Assembly (NCBI GenBank): GCA_035541395.1
Contig: DATKNJ010000124.1
Location: 1 to 39,532 of the forward strand
Direction of reading: 5' to 3'
DNA length: 39,532 bases
From: Anaerolineales bacterium
GTDB taxonomy: Bacteria; Chloroflexota; Anaerolineae; Anaerolineales; Villigracilaceae
The notes under the pieces are model-generated. The model did not search any database and was not told the origin of the DNA. It worked only from the letters and a program-made list of their open reading frames with translations. Positions 34,658 to 39,532 of this stretch are shown in pieces (the stretch's first letter is position 1; each line of letters begins with the position of its first letter). Both the position numbers and the translations under genes were made by a program.

Positions 34658-34801
34658 TGATTCCTTCCCGAAAAAGTATGCCCCGGCCGCGTTGCGAAAA
34701 GCGGTCAGCAGGCGCCGGGTGTGCCAGCAATTTATTCTAGCACAAGCCTAAAATCACTGTGTTATACTCTTCCGGTGATTTTCATCACCTTTGGAGGTTG
34801 A

Positions 34802-36319
34802 GTGAGAAACCGCAATGCGAATATCTTGCTGCGGGGAATATCAATTCTACTAATCAGTATCGCCATCGTGCTGACAGTGGTGTCTCTGGTTGGATATAGC
34901 CGACAACGAAACAATTATCCGGCCGGGATGACGATCGCTGGCGTGCCGGTCGGCGGCCTCGATCCGACAACTGCTTCTCAGCGTTTACTGGAAATTTATA
35001 CTGCACCAATCGAACTTCAATACAGCGGCGCGTTGATACACGTCGATCCAGAAGTGATCGGCTTTCAAGCGGATACGGATAGTATGCTTGCAGCTGCCGA
35101 CCTGGTTCGCACCGGCGGTTCGTTCTGGGCCGGTTATTGGGACTATCTCTGGAATCGCGCTCCCGATCCCGTAAGCATCCCGCTGCGCGCCTCAATCGAA
35201 GAAGATCGTTTACGCGCCTATCTGCAAAATGAGATTGCGCCGCGTTATGACATTCCGCCCAGCCCAGCCCAACCGATCGCTGGCGGGACTTCCTTCCAAG
35301 CTGGAACTCCCGGCCAGAATCTGGACGTGGATCGCGCTGTGCTGCTGATTGAAGATGCGCTGCGTTCGCCCACCGATCGGACTGTTTTGCTGGGTTCGCA
35401 ACAAAATGCAGCCGCGGCCCGTCCGACGATGGATGATTTAAAACTCCTGCTCGAACAATATATCAAGTCAACCGGCTTTGATGGAATCATCGGCGTATAT
35501 GTTGCCGATCTACAAAACGGACAAGAGATTCACTTTGCGTTGAATCAGGAACAGGAAATCCCTGTTAATCCAGATGTAGCGTTTACGGCCTCCAGCACGA
35601 TCAAAATCCCCATCCTCACCTCTTTCTTCATCCAACATGGCGACAAGCCCATCGATGACGCCACCAACACCAAAATCCTGAATATGATTCAACGATCGGA
35701 GAATCCACCCTCCGACGCGTTAATGGCCGAGTTGGATCCCAGTACGGGGCCGCTCATCGTCTCGCAATATATGCAGACTCTCGGCCTCAATAATACATTC
35801 CTGGCCGGTTATTTTGCGCCCGGCTCGCCGTTATTACAACGTTTCAAAACGCCAGCGAATTCGCGCACAGATGCGTTTACTGATCCCGATCCTTATAACC
35901 AAACCACGCCATCGGATATGGGTATGCTGCTGGTCGATCTCTATCAGTGCGCGCAAGAAAACGGCGGCGCATTGATCGCGGCCTTTCCCGATACGATGAA
36001 TCAAGATGTCTGCAAGAAAATCATCAACTACCTCGCGCAGGATAAAATCGGCGTGTTGATCGAAGCAGGCGTGCCCGAGGGAACACAAGTCGCGCACAAG
36101 CACGGCTGGGTTTCGGATGCCAACGGCGTAGACCACGATTGGAGCGATGCCGGCATCGTCTACACCTCAGGCGGGAACTTTGTGATTTCGATTTATACCT
36201 ATCACCCCGTCCAACTTGTGTTTGTAGATGTGGGTAACAAAATCGGCATCAACCACCTGTTCGCCAATCTGACTCACGCGGTGTATAGTTACTATAATCC
36301 GCAACAAGCCCAACAATAA
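34802..36319 (+). CDS. Membrane-anchored class-A beta-lactamase-fold serine hydrolase with YoaR/VanW-type N-terminal domain
   Basis: It uses a GTG start with a GGAGG SD. It has an N-terminal TM, a PG_binding_4-like segment (AGMTIAGVPVGGLDPTTASQRL), the SxxK motif SSTIK, an SDA loop and HKHGW in the KTG-equivalent position. Confidence 0.6.
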   Translation: MRNRNANILLRGISILLISIAIVLTVVSLVGYSRQRNNYPAGMTIAGVPVGGLDPTTASQRLLEIYTAPIELQYSGALIHVDPEVIGFQADTDSMLAAADLVRTGGSFWAGYWDYLWNRAPDPVSIPLRASIEEDRLRAYLQNEIAPRYDIPPSPAQPIAGGTSFQAGTPGQNLDVDRAVLLIEDALRSPTDRTVLLGSQQNAAAARPTMDDLKLLLEQYIKSTGFDGIIGVYVADLQNGQEIHFALNQEQEIPVNPDVAFTASSTIKIPILTSFFIQHGDKPIDDATNTKILNMIQRSENPPSDALMAELDPSTGPLIVSQYMQTLGLNNTFLAGYFAPGSPLLQRFKTPANSRTDAFTDPDPYNQTTPSDMGMLLVDLYQCAQENGGALIAAFPDTMNQDVCKKIINYLAQDKIGVLIEAGVPEGTQVAHKHGWVSDANGVDHDWSDAGIVYTSGGNFVISIYTYHPVQLVFVDVGNKIGINHLFANLTHAVYSYYNPQQAQQ

Positions 36320-36325
36320 ACTGGT

Positions 36326-36357
36326 AGACCCGCTTTCCAAGCGGGTCTGTTTTTATT
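36326..36357 (+). terminator. Rho-independent terminator
   Basis: AGACCCGC (36326..36333) pairs with GCGGGTCT (36341..36348) around a 7-nt loop. GTTTTTATT follows. Confidence 0.85.
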
Positions 36358-36416
36358 GGGCTATCGTTATATTTGGTAGTTTAAGAAATTGTGCAACAAC
36401 AGTATAATGAGCATAT

Positions 36417-37118
36417 ATGAGCGCGTCTCTCGGACTTTTTCGCCTACAACAAGTGGATCGCCAAATAGACCAAGCGCAGGCGCGCGCAACAGAGATTCGC
36501 CAGTTGCTCGAAAATGACGAGGAACTGCGCGACGCGAAGAATCAGCTTGAGTTGGCGCGCGCAGGCCAAAGTCAGTCAGAACGGACGTTACGCGAGATCG
36601 AAGTTCAGGTCAAGGGTCAACAAATCAAGATTGAACAATCCGAAAGCAGCTTATACGGCGGGAATGTTCACAATCCGAAAGAATTACAGGACTTGCAAAA
36701 CGAGATCGCCGCGCTGAAGCGGCACCAATCCACGCTGGAAGAACGACAACTGGAAGCGATGCTGAAAGCAGACTCAACTCAGTCCGCCCTGCAAGCTACT
36801 GAGGCCAACTTGAGCCGAGTCCAGTCCCGATTGGGCGATGCGCACCATCAACTGATCGAAGAACAAACCGAACTTAACAAAAACCTGGAACGCTTGCAAT
36901 TGGAACGGCAAGCCATCGTTACAGATTTGGCGCACAAAAATCTGGAAGTGTACGAAAGTTTGCGCCAGCAACGACGCGGCGTAGCAGTTGCTGAAATCAT
37001 GGACAACGCTTGTTCAGCGTGCGGCACGACCCTGACCGCCGCGCTTCAGCAAAGCGCACATTCATCTACGCAGATGGCGCGTTGTCCTTCATGTGGGCGA
37101 ATTTTATACGCGCGGTAA
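36417..37118 (+). CDS. COG1579/DUF164-type coiled-coil protein with C-terminal C4 zinc ribbon (HP0958-like)
   Basis: The 233-aa protein has long heptad-like, Gln/Glu/Leu-rich helices. The C-terminal CSACGTTL...CPSCGRILY supplies four Cys residues. Confidence 0.75.
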   Translation: MSASLGLFRLQQVDRQIDQAQARATEIRQLLENDEELRDAKNQLELARAGQSQSERTLREIEVQVKGQQIKIEQSESSLYGGNVHNPKELQDLQNEIAALKRHQSTLEERQLEAMLKADSTQSALQATEANLSRVQSRLGDAHHQLIEEQTELNKNLERLQLERQAIVTDLAHKNLEVYESLRQQRRGVAVAEIMDNACSACGTTLTAALQQSAHSSTQMARCPSCGRILYAR

Positions 37119-37126
37119 ACACCCTT

Positions 37127-39532
37127 ATGCCTTTTGAGATTCAGCCTGCTTCATTCCTGATCGGCTTTGTCACAGCGACAATCTTCTGGTGGCTGATTGG
37201 GCGCGCCCGTCCGTTATGGGCAGAAGCGCGTCAAGCCATCAAGGAACGGAATGAAGCCGCGCAAAATCAGCGCATGAGCGGCGTGGAAGAAAATCATCGC
37301 CGGCTCACTTTGCGACGCGCGCAGGGAATGCATCTCGCGGCCGCACTTTTTTCTCTCGATGAAATTTTACAGGAACCTTTGTTGATTGCTCCACCGCCAG
37401 TCGTTGAACCGGGCGGACCGGTCGTCACAGAAGATGCAGTCGCACAAGCCCTGCCCTATCTGCCGACGTGGCCGGAATTGGCCGCCATTTATGGCGCGTC
37501 TACTTTGAGTCTTTCGCAAGCCTTATTAGGCGGTCGAAACATTGTTGTTACTGGCTTGCCCGGAACGGGGAAAACCGTCGCGCTTGCACATTTGGCTTCT
37601 TTGGCAGCGAATCACAGTGAAGAGTTGGGCGAGCTAAAGGATTTGGTTCCATTTCTTTTACATGTTGCAGATTTGAAGTTACCGGTCAACGACCCAAAGA
37701 ATGTGCTTGACTCAATCATCGAAGTCAGTGCTCCCTCTGTGTCCATGCTTGATCTCGGACGATTGCCCAATTTCATTCAGAGTTGTTTTCGCGATGGCCG
37801 CGCATTGCTTCTCATCGATGGCTTCGACGAACTGGCTCCCGATGGCCAGCAAGAAGTTTCGGATTACCTCAAGATTTTGCTGGAAGCTTATCCCGATACT
37901 CGCATCGTAATCACCGGATCTTTCGAGAATCTGGACGGGCTGATCGGCCTTGGCTTCGCGCCGCTCGCGATGATGGCCTGGAACAATTATCGAGGCGACG
38001 CGTTCATCAAGCGTTGGGGCGAACTGTGGAGTCAGTTTGTAGTCACAGAGGCTTGGGCGCAAAGTGGCCTCGAACAAGTCGATCCAATTTTGCTCAACAC
38101 ATGGCTTGCCAGTGACAATCAAAGACTGACGCCTTTAGAATTGACACTCAAAGTTTGGGGAGCGTATGCAGGCGATAGTCTCGGTCCGCATGTTTTGGAG
38201 GCCATCGCCACGCACATCCGTCGCCTCGCGCCGAGCAACACGCCGCTCGCCGCGCTGGAAACACTCGCCATGCAAGTCGCGTTGAGCTCGCAACCAGTCT
38301 TTGATCCGCGCAAGGCGCGCGCCTGGGTGAAGTCATTTGAGCCGGCGGAAGAAACGCCCTCAGAAGCGGAACCAACTGTAAGTCCTGAGGAAGAACCGGC
38401 TACTGTCGAAAAGACAACACAACCAAAGAAGGATAAAAGCAAGACTGCGCCGACTCCCAGTTTTGGCTTGCTTAGCAAAATGGCCTCCAGCGGACTCCTG
38501 ATCTCGCATCCGAACAACAAGATGCGTTTCATTCATCCGATCATCGCGGGATTTTTAGCTGGTCACGCGTTAAGCGGTTATCACCAAGGTGAGACGATTG
38601 TTGACCAACCGGATTGGATCGGAAAGACCATTTCGCTTCACTATCTGGCTGCAAACGCAGATGTGACCGGTCTCGTCAACAACATGCTTGAGTGGTCGCG
38701 CTTGCCTATGCATCGACCATTATTGACCGCGGCGCGCTGGCTGAAGGATGCGCCACGCGAGGCAACCTGGCGCGGCAAAGTCATGGCCGCGTTGGTTACG
38801 TTGTTACAGAGTGAAGGATTACCTCTCGGCCTACGCGGACAAGCCATGGCTGCTTTTGTTTTAAGCAATGATCCCGGTGTTTTGGCTTTGTTCCGTCAAT
38901 CGATGAGCACACTTTCTTTCGAGTTGATGCAGCTCTGTGCGCTTGGAAGTGGCGCAATGCGCGATACCAAAGCGATGGGAACTTTGGAAGGCTTGTTGAA
39001 CGTCCCCAATCTTTTCGTCCGGCAGGCGGCCTGTTTGGCATTGGTCGCGATTGGCACGAACGAGTCGCTTGAAATTGTGGCACGCGCGTTGCTCAACGGA
39101 GACGAAAGTTTGCGGCGCGCATCTGCAGAGGCCCTCGCAAACGAACGCGTCGAGGGCTACGCCATGTTGAAAGATGGCGCGACATTAGCTGATATTCTTC
39201 TGCGCCGCGCGGTTGTATATGGTCTCGCGCGCGTGAATGAACCTTGGGCTGCCGACTTATTGGAAAAGCTGCGCATCGAAGACGATCAATGGGTGGTGCG
39301 CAATTCAGCCGCCGAAGTGATAGAACACAAGGCCAACGTCAAAACGCGTGCGCCGCGTCCGCTTGGCAAACCTTCCGAGACTCCGTGGTTGATCGAATTC
39401 GCGAGCAAGCTCGGTACCGGCATTACGCCGGGTACGCCCGCCACAGATATTCTTCTTCAAGCGCTCAAGAGCAGTGACGCTGACGTCCGTCTTGCCGCGC
39501 TGCCCTATCTCCAACAGACTCCCAGCGAAGGC
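37127..39532 (+). CDS. Membrane-anchored NACHT/STAND P-loop NTPase with C-terminal HEAT-like repeats (partial, 802 codons, open at window end)
   Basis: It is missing from the ORF track because it has no stop before the window end. I translated all 802 codons by hand and found no stop. It has a TM helix (SFLIGFVTATIFWWLIG), Walker A GLPGTGKT (37553..37576), Walker B LLLIDGFDEL (37805..37834) and RIVITGS. HEAT-like units follow (VRQAACLALVAIG, LRRASAEALAN, VRNSAAEVIE, DVRLAALPYL). Confidence 0.7.
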   Translation, partial: MPFEIQPASFLIGFVTATIFWWLIGRARPLWAEARQAIKERNEAAQNQRMSGVEENHRRLTLRRAQGMHLAAALFSLDEILQEPLLIAPPPVVEPGGPVVTEDAVAQALPYLPTWPELAAIYGASTLSLSQALLGGRNIVVTGLPGTGKTVALAHLASLAANHSEELGELKDLVPFLLHVADLKLPVNDPKNVLDSIIEVSAPSVSMLDLGRLPNFIQSCFRDGRALLLIDGFDELAPDGQQEVSDYLKILLEAYPDTRIVITGSFENLDGLIGLGFAPLAMMAWNNYRGDAFIKRWGELWSQFVVTEAWAQSGLEQVDPILLNTWLASDNQRLTPLELTLKVWGAYAGDSLGPHVLEAIATHIRRLAPSNTPLAALETLAMQVALSSQPVFDPRKARAWVKSFEPAEETPSEAEPTVSPEEEPATVEKTTQPKKDKSKTAPTPSFGLLSKMASSGLLISHPNNKMRFIHPIIAGFLAGHALSGYHQGETIVDQPDWIGKTISLHYLAANADVTGLVNNMLEWSRLPMHRPLLTAARWLKDAPREATWRGKVMAALVTLLQSEGLPLGLRGQAMAAFVLSNDPGVLALFRQSMSTLSFELMQLCALGSGAMRDTKAMGTLEGLLNVPNLFVRQAACLALVAIGTNESLEIVARALLNGDESLRRASAEALANERVEGYAMLKDGATLADILLRRAVVYGLARVNEPWAADLLEKLRIEDDQWVVRNSAAEVIEHKANVKTRAPRPLGKPSETPWLIEFASKLGTGITPGTPATDILLQALKSSDADVRLAALPYLQQTPSEG

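Noticed and set aside
37701-39514. Short ORFs on both strands inside the last 2.4 kb (for example 37712..38122-, 38119..38532-, 39244..39477+).
   Set aside because: All lie within the long open frame of the NACHT-HEAT gene, which has clear Walker A/B and repeat motifs. Their products are low-complexity.
1-39532. A search for tRNA, rRNA, CRISPR arrays, integrases, transposases and prophage blocks.
   Set aside because: I saw no spaced direct-repeat arrays, no tRNA-like T-arm consensus in the intergenic regions, and no recombinase or transposase-like ORFs. The only dispersed repeats are the two REP/MITE-like hairpins.

Overview
This looks like a chromosomal, mostly housekeeping and respiratory window. 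The gene content suggests a Chloroflexota-like aerobe, but that taxonomic guess is low-confidence inference. I found no rRNA, tRNA, CRISPR array, integrase or transposase.

Layout from left to right:
- 1..487 (-): 5' part of an EamA/DMT transporter gene that runs off the window start.
- 719..3047 (+): a MoxR (CoxD-like) AAA+ ATPase and a VWA (CoxE-like) protein.
- 3122..4899 (-): two tandem paralogs, each with an SH3b-like N-terminus and a papain-fold (C39-like) Cys-His-Asn core. They converge on the MoxR-VWA pair.
- 5067..5735 (+): a 6-TM membrane protein.
- 5821..9221 (+): an operon of membrane protein, wHTH regulator, ABC ATPase, ABC-2 permease and hotdog thioesterase. Twin palindromic operators sit on a near-consensus promoter, and two REP/MITE-like hairpin repeats bracket the ATPase gene.
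- 9234..9953 (-): AlaX editing protein.
- 10161..14100 (+): GldA/GldF/GldG-like ABC system plus a DUF4340-like protein.
- 14213..15421 (+): primary sigma factor.
- 15528..21690 (+): four consecutive ~500-aa polytopic GT-C-like membrane proteins.
- 21675..29262 (-): an eight-gene caa3-type cytochrome oxidase and assembly operon. In transcription order it is subunit II-cyt c, subunit I, a subunit IV-III fusion, SCO1, PCuAC, an unknown protein, SURF1, and a half-CtaA::CtaB fusion.
- 29419..34657 (-): Bcp, cytochrome c, CheY-like receiver, UbiA-like prenyltransferase, aminotransferase, DinB-family protein and proline dehydrogenase.
- 34802..36319 (+): a membrane-anchored class-A beta-lactamase-fold hydrolase.
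- 36417..37118 (+): a COG1579 zinc-ribbon coiled-coil protein.
- 37127..39532 (+): a gene of more than 802 aa for a membrane-anchored NACHT/STAND NTPase with HEAT repeats. It is open at the window end and is absent from the ORF track.

The candidates most worth a second look are:
- the TM-NACHT-HEAT gene coupled to the zinc-ribbon gene;
- the tandem signal-peptide-less SH3b/C39-like peptidase paralogs;
- the unusual fusions and extensions in the oxidase operon;
- the intra-operon palindromic repeats;
- the operator/promoter architecture upstream of the wHTH operon.

All domain calls rest on motif recognition by eye. No database search was possible, so I cannot establish novelty.
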